This document shows positions 1-13,324 of a stretch of DNA of 64,000 nt, in pieces. This DNA comes from Macrostomum lignano (lineage: Eukaryota). Each line of letters opens with the position of its first letter. Positions within the stretch are counted from its first letter, which is position 1. A model generated the notes under the pieces. It was not told the DNA's origin, did not search any database, and saw nothing but the letters and a program-made list of their open reading frames with translations. Where the stretch lies: positions 112,107-176,106 of the forward strand of contig NIVC01002420.1 in the NCBI GenBank assembly GCA_002269645.1, given 5' to 3'. The translations under genes and the position numbers were made by a program.

Positions 1-3000
1 TACAGACACAACTCGAACAGATTTCTCTGTCTGTTTAGGGCTCTGGCTCTCAGAGCCGCCGAGAAAGTTTAGTGCCGAGAATGCTTCAGTTTGTTAGAAT
101 GCAATCAGAACAGATTCCTAGAAAGTGAGCTAGTCCAGCATCAAGGCAGAACATCTGGATGTGTAACGAGAGGCTCTCGAAGATTCCTGGCTCAGATTAT
201 CGCCTAGAAGTGCTGTGGAGTAGCTGGTCCACCTAACCTACAGACACAACTCGAACAGATTTCTCTGTCTGTTTGAGGCTCTGGCTCTTAGGTGGTCCAC
301 ATAACCTACAGACACAACTGAAGCAGCTCTCTCAGTCTGTTTGAGGCTTTGGCTCTCAGAAGGTGGTCCACCTAACCTACAGACACAACTCGAACAGATT
401 TCTCTGTCTGTTTAGGCTCTGGCTCTCAGAGCCGCCGAGAAAGTTTAGTGCCGAGAATGCTTCAGTTTGTTAGAATGCAATCAGAACAGATTCTTAGAAA
501 GTGAGCTAGTCCAGCATCAAGGCAGAACATCTGGATGTGTAACGAGAGGCTCTCGGAGATTCCTGGCTCAGATTATCGCCTAGAAGTGCTGTGGAGTAGC
601 TGGTCCACCTAACCTACAGACACAACTCGAACAGATTTCTCTGTCTGTTTGAGGCTCTGGCTCTCAGAGCCGCCGAGAAAGTTTAGTGCCGAGAATGCTT
701 CAGTTTGTTAGAATACAATCAGAACAGATTCCTAGAAAGTGAGCTAGTCCAGCATCAAGGCAGAACATCTGGATGTGTAACGAGAGGCTCTCGAAGATTC
801 CTGGCTCAGATTATCGCCTAGAAGTGCTGTGGAGTAGCTGGTCCACCTAACCTACAGACACAACTCGAACAGATTTCTCTGTCTGTTTAGGCTCTGGCTC
901 TCAGAGCCGCCGAGAAAGTTTAGTGCAGAAAATGCTTCAGTTTGTTAGAATGCAATCAGAACAGATTCCTAGAAAGTGAGCTAGTCCAGCATCAAGGCAG
1001 AACATCTGGATGTGTAACGAAAGTCTCTTGGAGACTCCTGGCTCAGATTATCGCCTAGAAGTGCTGTGGAGTAGCTGGTCCACCTAACCTACAGACACAA
1101 CTCGAACAGATTTCTCTGTCTGTTTAGGGCTCTGGCTCTCAGAGCCGCCGAGAAAGTTTAGTGCCGAGAATGCTTCAGTTTGTTAGAATGCAATCAGAAC
1201 AGATTCCTAGAAAGTGAGCTAGTCCAGCATCAAGGCAGAACATCTGGATGTGTAACGAGAGGCTCTCGGAGATTCCTGGCTCAGATTATCGCCTAGAAGT
1301 GCTGTGGAGTAGCTGGTCCACCTAACCTACAGACACAACTCGAACAGATTTCTCTGTCTGTTTGAGGCTCTGGCTCTCAGAGCCGCCGAGAAAGTTTAGT
1401 GCCGAGAATGCTTCAGTTTGTTAGAATGCAATCAGAACAGATTCCTAGAAAGTGAGCTAGTCCAGCATCAAGGCAGAACATCTGGATGTGTAACGAGAGG
1501 CTCTCGAAGATTCCTGGCTCAGATTATCGCCTAGAAGTGCTGTGGAGTAGCTGGTCCACCTAACCTACAGACACAACTCGAACAGATTTCTCTGTCTGTT
1601 TAGGCTCTGGCTCTCAGAGCCGCCGAGAAAGTTTAGTGCAGAAAATGCTTCAGTTTGTTAGAATGCAATCAGAACAGATTCCTAGAAAGTGAGCTAGTCC
1701 AGCATCAAGGCAGAACATCTGGATGTGTAACGAAAGTCTCTTGGAGACTCCTGGCTCAGATTATCGCCTAGAAGTGCTGTGGAGTAGCTGGTCCACCTAA
1801 CCTACAGACACAACTCGAACAGATTTCTCTGTCTGTTTAGGGCTCTGGCTCTCAGAGCCGCCGAGAAAGTTTAGTGCCGAGAATGCTTCAGTTTGTTAGA
1901 ATGCAATCAGAACAGTTTCCTAGAAAGTGAGCTAGTCCAGCATCAAGGTAGAACATCTGGATGTGTAACGAGAGGCTCTCGGAGATTCCTGGCTCAGATT
2001 ATCGCCTAGAAGTGCTGTGGAGTAGCTGGTCCACCTAACCTACAGACACAACTCGAACAGATTTCTCTGTCTGTTTAGGGCTCTGGCTCTCAGAGCCGCC
2101 GAGAAAGTTTAGTGCCGAGAATGCTTCAGTTTGTTAGAATGCAATCAGAACAGATTCCTAGAAAGTGAGCTAGTCCAGCATCAAGGCAGAACATCTGGAT
2201 GTGTAACGAGAGGCTTTTGGAGATTCCTGGCTCAGATTATCGCCTAGAAGTGCTGTGGAGTAGCTGGTCCACCTAACCTACAGACACAACTCGAACAGAT
2301 TTCTCTGTCTGTTTAGGGCTCTGGCTCTCAGAAGGTGGTCCACATAACCTACAGACACAACTCGAACAGATTTCTCTGTCTGTTTGAAGCTCTGGCTCTC
2401 AGAAGGTGGTCCACATAACCTACAGACACAACTCGAACAGATTTCTCTGTCTGTTTAGGGCTCTGGCTCTCAGAGCCGCCGAGAAAGTTTAGTGCCGAGA
2501 ATGCTTCAGTTTGTTAGAATGCAATCAGAACAGATTCCTAGAAAGTGAGCTAGTCCAGCATCAAGGCAGAACATCTGGATGTGTAACGAGAGGCTCTCGG
2601 AGATTCCTGGCTCAGATTATCGCCTAGAAGTGCTGTGGAGTAGCTGGTCCACCTAACCTACAGACACAACTCGAACAGATTTCTCTGTCTGTTTAGGGCT
2701 CTGGCTCTCAGAGCCGCCGAGAAAGTTTAGTGCCGAGAATGCTTCAGTTTGTTAGAATACAATCAGAACAGATTCCTAGAAAGTGAGCTAGTCCAGCATC
2801 AAGGCAGAACATCTGGATGTGTAACGAGAGGCTCTCGAAGATTCCTGGCTCAGATTATCGCCTAGAAGTGCTGTGGAGTAGCTGGTCCACCTAACCTACA
2901 GACACAACTCGAACAGATTTCTCTGTCTGTTTAGGCTCTGGCTCTCAGAGCCGCCGAGAAAGTTTAGTGCAGAAAATGCTTCAGTTTGTTAGAATGCAAT

Positions 3001-5870
3001 CAGAACAGATTCCTAGAAAGTGAGCTAGTCCAGCATCAAGGCAGAACATCTGGATGTGTAACGAAAGTCTCTTGGAGACTCCTGGCTCAGATTATCGCCT
3101 AGAAGTGCTGTGGAGTAGCTGGTCCACCTAACCTACAGACACAACTCGAACAGATTTCTCTGTCTGTTTAGGGCTCTGGCTCTCAGAGCCGCCGAGAAAG
3201 TTTAGTGCCGAGAATGCTTCAGTTTGTTAGAATGCAATCAGAACAGATTCCTAGAAAGTGAGCTAGTCCAGCATCAAGGCAGAACATCTGGATGTGTAAC
3301 GAGAGGCTCTCGGAGATTCCTGGCTCAGATTATCGCCTAGAAGTGCTGTGGAGTAGCTGGTCCACCTAACCTACAGACACAACTCGAACAGATTTCTCTG
3401 TCTGTTTAGGGCTCTGGCTCTCAGAAGGTGGTCCACATAACCTACAGACACAACTCGAACAGATTTCTCTGTCTGTTTGAAGCTCTGGCTCTCAGAAGGT
3501 GGTCCACATAACCTACAGACACAACTCGAACAGATTTCTCTGTCTGTTTAGGGCTCTGGCTCTCAGAGCCGCCGAGAAAGTTTAGTGCCGAGAATGCTTC
3601 AGTTTGTTAGAATGCAATCAGAACAGATTCCTAGAAAGTGAGCTAGTCCAGCATCAAGGCAGAACATCTGGATGTGTAACGAGAGGCTCTCGGAGATTCC
3701 TGGCTCAGATTATCGCCTAGAAGTGCTGTGGAGTAGCTGGTCCACCTAACCTACAGACACAACTCGAACAGATTTCTCTGTCTGTTTGAGGCTCTGGCTC
3801 TTAGGTGGTCCACATAACCTACAGACACAACTGAAGCAGCTCTCTCAGTCTGTTTGAGGCTTTGGCTCTCAGAAGGTGGTCCACCTAACCTACAGACACA
3901 ACTCGAACAGATTTCTCTGTCTGTTTAGGCTCTGGCTCTCAGAGCCGCCGAGAAAGTTTAGTGCCGAGAATGCTTCAGTTTGTTAGAATGCAATCAGAAC
4001 AGATTCTTAGAAAGTGAGCTAGTCCAGCATCAAGGCAGAACATCTGGATGTGTAACGAGAGGCTCTCGGAGATTCCTGGCTCAGATTATCGCCTAGAAGT
4101 GCTGTGGAGTAGCTGGTCCACCTAACCTACAGACACAACTCGAACAGATTTCTCTGTCTGTTTGAGGCTCTGGCTCTTAGGTGGTCCACATAACCTACAG
4201 ACACAACTGAAGCAGCTCTCTCAGTCTGTTTGAGGCTTTGGCTCTCAGAAGGTGGTCCACATAACCTACAGACACAACTCGAACAGATTTCTCTGTCTGT
4301 TTAGGCTCTGGCTCTCAGAGCCGCCGAGAAAGTTTAGTGCAGAAAATGCTTCAGTTTGTTAGAATGCAATCAGAACAGATTCCTAGAAAGTGAGCTAGTC
4401 CAGCATCAAGGCAGAACATCTGGATGTGTAACGAAAGTCTCTTGGAGACTCCTGGCTCAGATTATCGCCTAGAAGTGCTGTGGAGTAGCTGGTCCACCTA
4501 ACCTACAGACACAACTCGAACAGATTTCTCTGTCTGTTTAGGGCTCTGGCTCTCAGAGCCGCCGAGAAAGTTTAGTGCCGAGAATGCTTCAGTTTGTTAA
4601 AATGCAATCAGAACAGATTCCTAGAAAGTGAGCTAGTCCAGCATCAAGGCAGAACATCTGGATGTGTAACGAAAGTCTCTTGGAGACTCCTGGCTCAGAT
4701 TATCGCCTAGAAGTGCTGTGGAGTAGCTGGTCCACCTAACCTACAGACACAACTCGAACAGATTTCTCTGTCTGTTTGAGGCTCTGGCTCTCAGAGCCGC
4801 CGAGAAAGTTTAGTGCAGAAAATGCTTCAGTTTGTTAGAATGCAATCAGAACAGATTCCTAGAAAGTGAGCTAGTCCAGCATCAAGGCAGAACATCTGGA
4901 TGTGTAACGAGAGGCTCTCGGAGATTCCTGGCTCAGATTATCGCCTAGAAGTGCTGTGGAGTAGCTGGTCCACCTAACCTACAGACACAACTCGAACAGA
5001 TTTCTCTGTCTGTTTGAGGCTCTGGCTCTCAGAGCCGCCGAGAAAGTTTAGTGCCGAGAATGCTTCAGTTTGTTAGAATACAATCAGAACAGATTCCTAG
5101 AAAGTGAGCTAGTCCAGCATCAAGGCAGAACATCTGGATGTGTAACGAGAGGCTCTCGAAGATTCCTGGCTCAGATTATCGCCTAGAAGTGCTGTGGAGT
5201 AGCTGGTCCACCTAACCTACAGACACAACTCGAACAGATTTCTCTGTCTGTTTAGGCTCTGGCTCTCAGAGCCGCCGAGAAAGTTTAGTGCAGAAAATGC
5301 TTCAGTTTGTTAGAATGCAATCAGAACAGATTCCTAGAAAGTGAGCTAGTCCAGCATCAAGGCAGAACATCTGGATGTGTAACGAAAGTCTCTTGGAGAC
5401 TCCTGGCTCAGATTATCGCCTAGAAGTGCTGTGGAGTAGCTGGTCCACCTAACCTACAGACACAACTCGAACAGATTTCTCTGTCTGTTTGAGGCTCTGG
5501 CTCTCAGAGCCGCCGAGAAAGTTTAGTGCCGAGAATGCTTCAGTTTGTTAGAATACAATCAGAACAGATTCCTAGAAAGTGAGCTAGTCCAGCATCAAGG
5601 CAGAACATCTGGATGTGTAACGAGAGGCTCTCGGAGATTCCTGGCTCAGATTATCGCCTAGAAGTGCTGTGGAGTAGCTGGTCCACCTAACCTACAGACA
5701 CAACTCGAACAGATTTCTCTGTCTGTTTGAGGCTCTGGCTCTTAGGTGGTCCACATAACCTACAGACACAACTGAAGCAGCTCTCTCAGTCTGTTTGAGG
5801 CTTTTGCTCTTGGAAGGTGGTCCACCTAACCTACAGACACTACTGGAATAGATTTCTGTGTCTGTTTGAT
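1..5870. repeat. ~238-bp satellite array with interspersed ~60-bp truncated units; open at window start
   Basis: Unit starting TACAGACACAACTCGAACAG recurs at 1, 239, and onward. Short units rejoin through GGTGGTCCACATAACC. Sequence variants recur in a fixed order. Confidence 0.98.
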
Positions 5871-6945
5871 TGTGAGTTAATTTTATTTTCTACCTTTGTA
5901 GGAGCCTGTGGTTGATTTTGTTCGCCTGAGCTCGACGAGACTGACTGCGTTTCACCGAGATGAAGGTTAAAACGAACTGTAAAAGAAGATTCAAACCACT
6001 AATTGACGAGAAATATAGAAAGGTTCATCATAGAGCTGAGATGACGAAAGCGGATTCGATGGCTGAGTAAGCTGAAATTCGTGAGAGAGGCAATGACAGA
6101 TCAATAATAGAAGCGGTCCCGGACCACGGAGGCAGGGAAGGTCCAGGAGAATATTTCGTAGAAAAAATAAGAAGATTAAGCCATCATCTGCGTGAACGAA
6201 AAGATGAAAGTCGGTAAAATGATTGGCTTATCATATGATTGCTCACCAACTCATTCAGTATAATAGGACTGGTGTAGTCAAATCAATTTAATTTCAGTTT
6301 CAGTAACTTTTGTCGTTATTAAAAATGCCCTTCAACTTCTTGTAGGCTCGTACTCGGATGACCTTTTTTAACTAATGGAATCTTACGTTTGTTAACATGT
6401 ATTTGAAGCATACATTTTGACCTAAATTAGTTTTAATGAGTTTACAGTTAGTATTTGATATGATTCGGTATTTATTTTCAAAATGCTTTATTTTCATTCA
6501 CCTTCTTGTATTCACGCGACGCAACTAACTAATGCGATCGTACATTTGTTTAACCCGATTAACCTGATTAGTAATGCTAAATAAATTGGTTTGAATTTGG
6601 GATATTTTCATTAAATGACGTCGTAACGCTTTTATCTGTTCTTTTTGAGAATTTCTGTTTTAATTAGTTCAAAAGAACAGTTTAAAGCAATAAATTTTCT
6701 ACAACGAAAGAGGTCTAACTAAACCAACTGTTTTTTTGCGGTCCACCTAACCCGGTCCCCAAAACGTAGTTAGTGAACCACCACAGTTTCCCCGAACTGG
6801 CTATTCCGTCAAGTTAACAAAAAGATAACCCTAGCTAGCCTTTCGCGTTGTCAAAACAGACTCTATTTTTTAACCGGAATTGCGTGGTCCACATAACGCA
6901 TTAACATAACTCAGGTCCCGCTAAACACACAGACAGTCGTAAGAG

Positions 6946-6946
<1 letters not shown>

Positions 6947-6990
<44 letters not shown>

Positions 6991-7001
6991 GAATGCCTGC
7001 C

Positions 7002-7070
<69 letters not shown>
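6947..7070. repeat. (GTCT)n microsatellite ending in (CTAT)n
   Basis: Direct reading. Confidence 0.97.
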
Positions 7071-7330
7071 TTCCACAAGATTTTCCACAAGATGGATCCG
7101 TGACCCTAAACTGAAACGTAACCTCCGTAATCCAATTTCGTCAGTGAGCTTTTTCAGCATAAACATTGGCGTACGCAGAAACTGGGAGCTTTTGCGTAGC
7201 TTAAAAATGAACCAAGCTTGAAGGTTTGCAACACACAGCGAGAGCTGCTGCTTCACAGCGAGAGCTGCTTGTCCCCTAAAGCAACTGATGTTTTATTCAT
7301 TGATCAAGCGAGTTTTGAGTCCATCAATAC

Positions 7331-7519
7331 CTGCTCAGAGCAACTTGAGCTCTCATCGCTCGTACAAGCTACGGAAAATGATTTAGGAATATTTTTTGAA
7401 AGTTGGACAACGAGGTGCACAGAGTGCGCATCGACACCCAGCAGCTGGTCGCCTCCTTCCCGACTCAGCGTTCCGGCTACCAACAGCTGGGCAGTGATGA
7501 CACATGACTTGGGAGACAC
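7331..7519 (-). CDS. Possible further exon of the PDZ gene (degenerate PDZ-like GDQLLGVD segment)
   Basis: Frame reads GTLSREGGDQLLGVDAHSV and ends at CAG|GTATTG donor. Shares GGCGACCAGCTGCTGG with the PDZ exon near 9.2 kb. Acceptor phase not reconciled. Confidence 0.3.
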
Positions 7520-7547
7520 TGCTGAGAGAGTGCCAGGTCAAAGCCAC

Positions 7548-7785
7548 GTCATAGCTAGGTCATAGCCGGGTCATAGCCAGGTCATAGCGACGTCATATCC
7601 AGGACATAGCCGGGTCATAGTTAGGTCATAGCCGGGTCATAGTTAGGTCATAGCCGGGTCATAGCCAGATCAAAGCGAAAGTCATAGCCAGGTCATAGCT
7701 AGGTCATAGCCAGGTCATAGCTAGGTCAAAGCCAAAGTCATAGCCAGTTCATAGCTAGGTCATAGCCAGGTCATAGTCAGGTCAA
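7548..7785. repeat. 12-bp minisatellite (GGTCATAGCCAG-like)
   Basis: Direct reading. Confidence 0.93.
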
Positions 7786-8224
7786 TTGTAAAAACTTGTC
7801 AGTTCACGGCTGACAGGCTGACAGTTTTTATTAAGTCCACAAGTCTTCTACTTTTAGTTCCTTAAGTTGATTAAGAAATTTATTTCTTAAGATGATAGTG
7901 CATATTTTATATAATGCTTATGATTAATATTATCACTAATATCCTACTAACAGCGATATATATAAATATTTGATTTCCTTTTTGTTTAGCATAGAATCGT
8001 AGTTAAAATGGTAATTTCTATTATATTCATAAAACAATTCGCATGCTAATGGTAAGCGCAATAATAACAATAATTTCTTTAAGTACATTGTAAAGGCGCT
8101 GTAAGATTTGGATTAATGATGAAATCATGACTAATATTTTCTGTTTCATACTAGCTAAAATAAGTTAATATTACTAATTAGCTGGTAGTATAAATTATAA
8201 TCTTGGTCTATCCCTCAGAAACTA

Positions 8225-9040
8225 CATGAAACTGTTGTACCCCCCTCAGACAGAAACTGTTATATCCCCCAGACACTAACTGTTATATCCCCAGACACTA
8301 ACTCTTATACCCCTAAGACACTAACTGTTATATCCCCCAGACACTAACTGTTATATCCCCAGACACTAACTCTTATACCCCTAAGACACTAATTGTTATA
8401 TCCCCCAGACACTAACTGTTATATCCCACAGACCCTAACTGTTATATCCCCAGACACTAACTGTTATATCCCACAGACCCTAACTGTTATATCCGTCAGA
8501 CACTAACTGTTATATCCCCAGACACTAACTCTTATACCCCTAAGACACTAATTGTTATATCCCCCAGACACTAACTGTTATATCCCCAGACACTAACTCT
8601 TATACCCCTAAGACACTAATTGTTATATCCCCCAGACACTAACTGTTATATCCCACAGACCCTAACTGTTATATCCCCAGACACTAACTGTTATATCCCA
8701 CAGACCCTAACTGTTATATCCCCAGACACTAACTCTTATACCCCTAAGACACTAACTGTTATATCCGTCAGACACTAACTGTTATATCCCCCAGACACTA
8801 ATTGTTATATCCCCCAGACACTAACTGTTATATCCCACAGACCCTAACTGTTATATCCCCAGACACTAACTGTTATATCCCACAGACCCTAACTGTTATA
8901 TCCCCCAGACACTAACTGTTATATCCCCCGACACTAACTGTTATATCCCCCAGACACTAATTGTTATATCCGTCAGACACTAACTGTTATATCCGTCAGA
9001 CACTAACTGTTATATCCGTCAGACACTAACTGTTATATCC
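8225..9040. repeat. 22-23-bp minisatellite (CAGACACTAACTGTTATATCCCC)
   Basis: Direct reading. Confidence 0.96.
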
Positions 9041-9041
9041 T

Positions 9042-9218
9042 TCAGACGCTCTGGTCCTGGCACAGCTCAGCATGAGGTGCCAGCTCCGCAGCAGGAGCCG
9101 GAAGCAGACTCAGTCTAATTCTGTGTCTACTCTTGACTGCCAAGGCCAGCTGGTGCAAAGTCATGTTGGCCACGGGTTCGCCTTCGAGTTCCAGCAGCTG
9201 GTCGCCTGGCTGGATGCC
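9042..9218 (-). CDS. Whirlin/harmonin-like gene exon: C-terminal half of PDZ domain
   Basis: ccgcag| acceptor, phase 0. Reads GIQPGDQLLELEGEPVANMTLHQLALAVKSRHRIRLSLL, completing the PDZ begun in the 10981-11450 exon. In-frame TGA at 9042-9044. Not in the ORF track. Confidence 0.8.
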   Translation of the reverse strand, partial: GIQPGDQLLELEGEPVANMTLHQLALAVKSRHRIRLSLLPAPAAELAPHAELCQDQSV

Positions 9219-9254
9219 CTGCGGATTTTGTGAGGAGTCGAACAGACGGATTAG

Positions 9255-10855
9255 GATGAGGGAATGGGAATTATTGGGATCCGGGAATGAGGATTGTTGG
9301 GATCAGGGAATGAGGATTATTGGGATCAGGGAATGAAGATTATTGAGATCAGGGAATGAGGATTATTGGGATCAGGGAATGAGGATTATTGAGATTAGAG
9401 AATGAGGACTATTGGGATCAGGGAATGAAAATTATTGGGAGCAGGGAATCAGGATTATTGAGATTAGAGAATGAGGATTATTGAGAGCAGGGAATCAGGA
9501 TTATTGGGATCAGGGAATGAGGATTATTGGGAGCAGGGAATGAGGTTTATTGGGAGCAGGGAATGAGGATTATTGGGAGCAGGGAATGAGGATTATTGGG
9601 AGCAGGGAATGAGGATTATTGGGATCAGGGAATGATAATTATTGGGATCAGGGAATGAGGATTATTGAGATCAGAGAATGAGGATTATTGGGATCAGTGA
9701 ATGAGGATTTTTGGAGCAGGAAATGAGGATTATTGGGAGCAGGGAATGAGGATTATTGGGAGCAGGGAATGAGGATTTTTGGAGCAGGGAATGAGGATTA
9801 TTGGAGCAGGGAATGAGGATTTTTGGAGCAGGGAATAAGGATTATTGGGAGCAGGGAATGAGGATTATTGAGATTAGAGAATGATGATTATTGGAATCAA
9901 AGAATGAGGATTATTGGGATCAGGGAATGAGGATTATTGAGACTAGAGAATGAGGATTATTGGAATCAAGGAATCAGGATTATTGGGATCAGGGAAAGAG
10001 GATTATTGGAATCAAGGAATGAGGATTATTGGGATCAAGGAATGAGGATTATTGGGATCAGGGGATGAGGCTTGTTGGGATCAGGGAATTGATTTTTGGG
10101 ATCAGGGGATGAAGACTATTTGGAGCAGGGAATGAGAATTATTGAGATTAGAGAATGAGGATTATTAGAATCAAGGAATGAGGATTATTGGGATCAGGGA
10201 ATGAGGATTATTGAGATTAGAGATTGAGGATTATTGGGGGCAGTGAATGAGTATTATTGAGATTAGAGAATGAGGATTATTGGAATCAAGGAATGAGGAT
10301 TATTGAGATCAGGGAATGAAGATTATTGGGATCAGGGAATGAGGATTATTGGGAGCAGGGAATGAGGATTATTGGGAGCAGGGAATGAGGATTATTGGGA
10401 GCAGGGAATGAGGATTATTGGGAGCAGGGAATGAGGATTATTGGGAGCAGGGAATGAGGATTATTGGGAGCAGGGAATGAGGATTATTGGGAGCAGGGAA
10501 TGAGGATTATTGGGATCAGGGAATGATAATTATTGGAATCAAGGAATGAGGATTATTGAGATCAGGGAGTGAGGATTATTGGGATCAGGGAAAGAGGATT
10601 ATTGGGAGCAGGGAATGAGGATTATTGGGAGCAGGGAATGAGGATTATTGGGAGCAGGGAATGAGGATTATTGGGAGCAGGGAATGAGGATTATTGGGAG
10701 CAGGGAATGAGGATTATTGGGATCAGGGAATGATAATTATTGGGATCAGGGAATGAGGATTATTGAGATCAGAGAATGAGGATTATTGGGATCAGGGAAT
10801 GAGGATTTTGGGAGCAGGGAATGAGGATTATTGGGATCAGGGAATGGGGAATATT
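9255..10855. repeat. Intronic 23-bp minisatellite (GGGAATGAGGATTATTGGGAKCA)
   Basis: Direct reading; fills the intron that splits the PDZ domain. Confidence 0.97.
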
Positions 10856-10980
10856 AAGGTCAGGCAAGTCAATTGTAAATGAATATTGTAGCATTATCGA
10901 ATGAAGTGACCAGGGATTATCTAAGGTTTATTAAAAACACTAAACTAGATAGTAATGCTGCCATCTGTATCGGAACAAAC

Positions 10981-11450
10981 CTCATCACTAGCCGCACTGC
11001 CCGTCACCACAGAAGCCACCACAAACGGCGACCTCTGCAGCGGCTGCCGCAGCTCCCGCCCGGTGGCCAGGCGCACAGAAAATCCAAACGAACTCGCCGA
11101 AGCATCCTTGAGCAGCGTCACTCGACGGATCCGATCTTCGCTGCTCGATGATTGCGACGCCTGCGGCTGTCTTGCCGGACGTCCGAGTCGAAAGGAGCTC
11201 GATTGCTGCTGCTGCTGCTGTTGTTGTTGAAGCAGATTCTGGGACCAGAACTGGCTCCAGGGAAAATAGCCGCCGCCAGGTATTGCGGACATGGGAGACG
11301 CGGCCGCTACGGAGTGATGAAGCGCGTAAGAACCAGGATAAGGAGTCGACATTGGTACAAAGTAGAACCCGGAAGGTGGCGGATTTTGGCCGAATGAGTT
11401 CGCTTGGTGATGAGGCTTTGGCGGCAGCTGGCTTGAGAGTGGGAAGTCGG
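10981..11450 (-). CDS. Whirlin/harmonin-like gene exon: Pro/Gln-rich linker plus N-terminal half of PDZ
   Basis: catccag| acceptor (phase 1) and GAG|GTTTGT donor (phase 0). Reads RRVTLLKDASASSFGFSVR...FVVASVVTGSAASDE, like whirlin/harmonin PDZ1. Confidence 0.8.
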
Positions 11451-11624
11451 CTGGATGTCGAGGAATGGAAATGATTTTTTGTAAGAAACTGCAAATTAAT
11501 ATATGATCTATCAACAAAGTCAATCAATCAAGCAATCAAGCAATCATCAAGAAATCAATAATTCAATCAACTAATCAATTAATCAAATAAGTCAGGGTCG
11601 CTGATACACATTACTGGCATTTGA

Positions 11625-12870
11625 AGCACTATACTACTGACAGGTGACACACTATATTACTGACAGGTGACACACAATATACTACTGACAGGTGACACAC
11701 AATATATTACTGACAGGTGACACACAATATACTACTGACAGGTGACACACAATATACTACTGACAGGTGACACACAATATATTACTGACAGGTGACACAC
11801 AATATATTACTGACAGGTGACACACAATATATTACTGACAGGTGACACACAATATATTACTGACAGGTGACACACAATATACTACTGACAGGTGACACAC
11901 ACTATATTACTGACAGGTGACACACAATATATTACTGACAGGTGACACACAATATATTACTGACAGGTGACACACAATATATTACTGACAGGTGATACAC
12001 ACTATATTACTGACAGGTGACACACAATATATTACTGACAGGTGACACACAATATATTACTGACAGGTGACACACAATATATTACTGACAGGTGACACAC
12101 AATATACTACTGACAGGTGACACACAATATACTACTGACGGGTGACACACAATATATTACTGACAGGTGACACACAATATACTACTGACAGGTGACACAC
12201 AATATACTACTGACAGGTGACACACAATATATTACTGACAGGTGATACACAATATACTACTGACAGGTGACACACAATATATTACTGACAGGTGATACAC
12301 AATATACTACTGACAGGTGACACACAATATATTACTGACAGGTGACACACAATATATTACTGACAGGTGACACACAATATATTACTAACAGGTGACACAC
12401 ACTATATTACTGACAGGTGACACACAATATATTACTGACAGGTGATACACACTATATTACTGACAGGTGACACACAATATATTACTGACAGGTGACACAC
12501 AATATACTACTGACGGGTGACACACAATATATTACTGACAGGTGACACACAATATACTACTGACAGGTGACACACAATATACTACTGACAGGTGACACAC
12601 AATATACTACTGACAGGTGACACACAATATACTACTGACAGGTGACACACAATATATTACTGACAGGTGACACACAATATATTACTGACAGGTGACACAC
12701 TATATTACTGACAGGTGACACACAATATACTACTGACAGGTGACACACAATATATTACTGACAGGTGACACACAATATACTACTGACAGGTGACACACAA
12801 TATACTACTGACAGGTGACACACAATATATTACTGACAGGTGACACACAATATACTACTGACAGGTGACA
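11625..12870. repeat. Intronic 25-bp minisatellite (TACTGACAGGTGACACACAATATAT), ~50 copies
   Basis: Direct reading; period 25. Confidence 0.97.
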
Positions 12871-13324
12871 CATACTACTTTTGATGCATCATCAAAATTC
12901 ACTTTTTGTTAAACTAAGATTTCTGTTCAATTCAATCAGCCAGAGAAGAGGGCCATTTGCTTCGAGGCAAAATGTCACCCAAGGATAAATTTTCTACCCC
13001 GTGGTTCATGCTGCATGTCTAAAAACCAAAAAAAAAATTGGAAGCGAAAATCCCCAATATCTCTTCGACTGCATGGGATCTTCCCAAGGGATGCAGGTTT
13101 GTTGTCAGTCAACCATTGAACTGCACAAGTCTTTTTTTTGCCATCGTACGACCGTATCAGCAAAGTGCACAGTTGCAGCGTGTGTGCGATGCGATGGATG
13201 ACAAGGGAAAGTTGATTTAGATAGGAATAGGAATTAATGATGATTAGAGAGAAGTGATCTGGTATAGCTAGTTTGCATCAACTGGTAATGAGCGCGAGGA
13301 AATAATTGGTTGGAAAGAGAGGGA

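Noticed and set aside
1-238. Hammerhead ribozyme, 5S rRNA or spliced-leader RNA in the satellite unit
   Set aside because: No CTGANGA core on either strand, and no 5S or SL-like sequence recognised.
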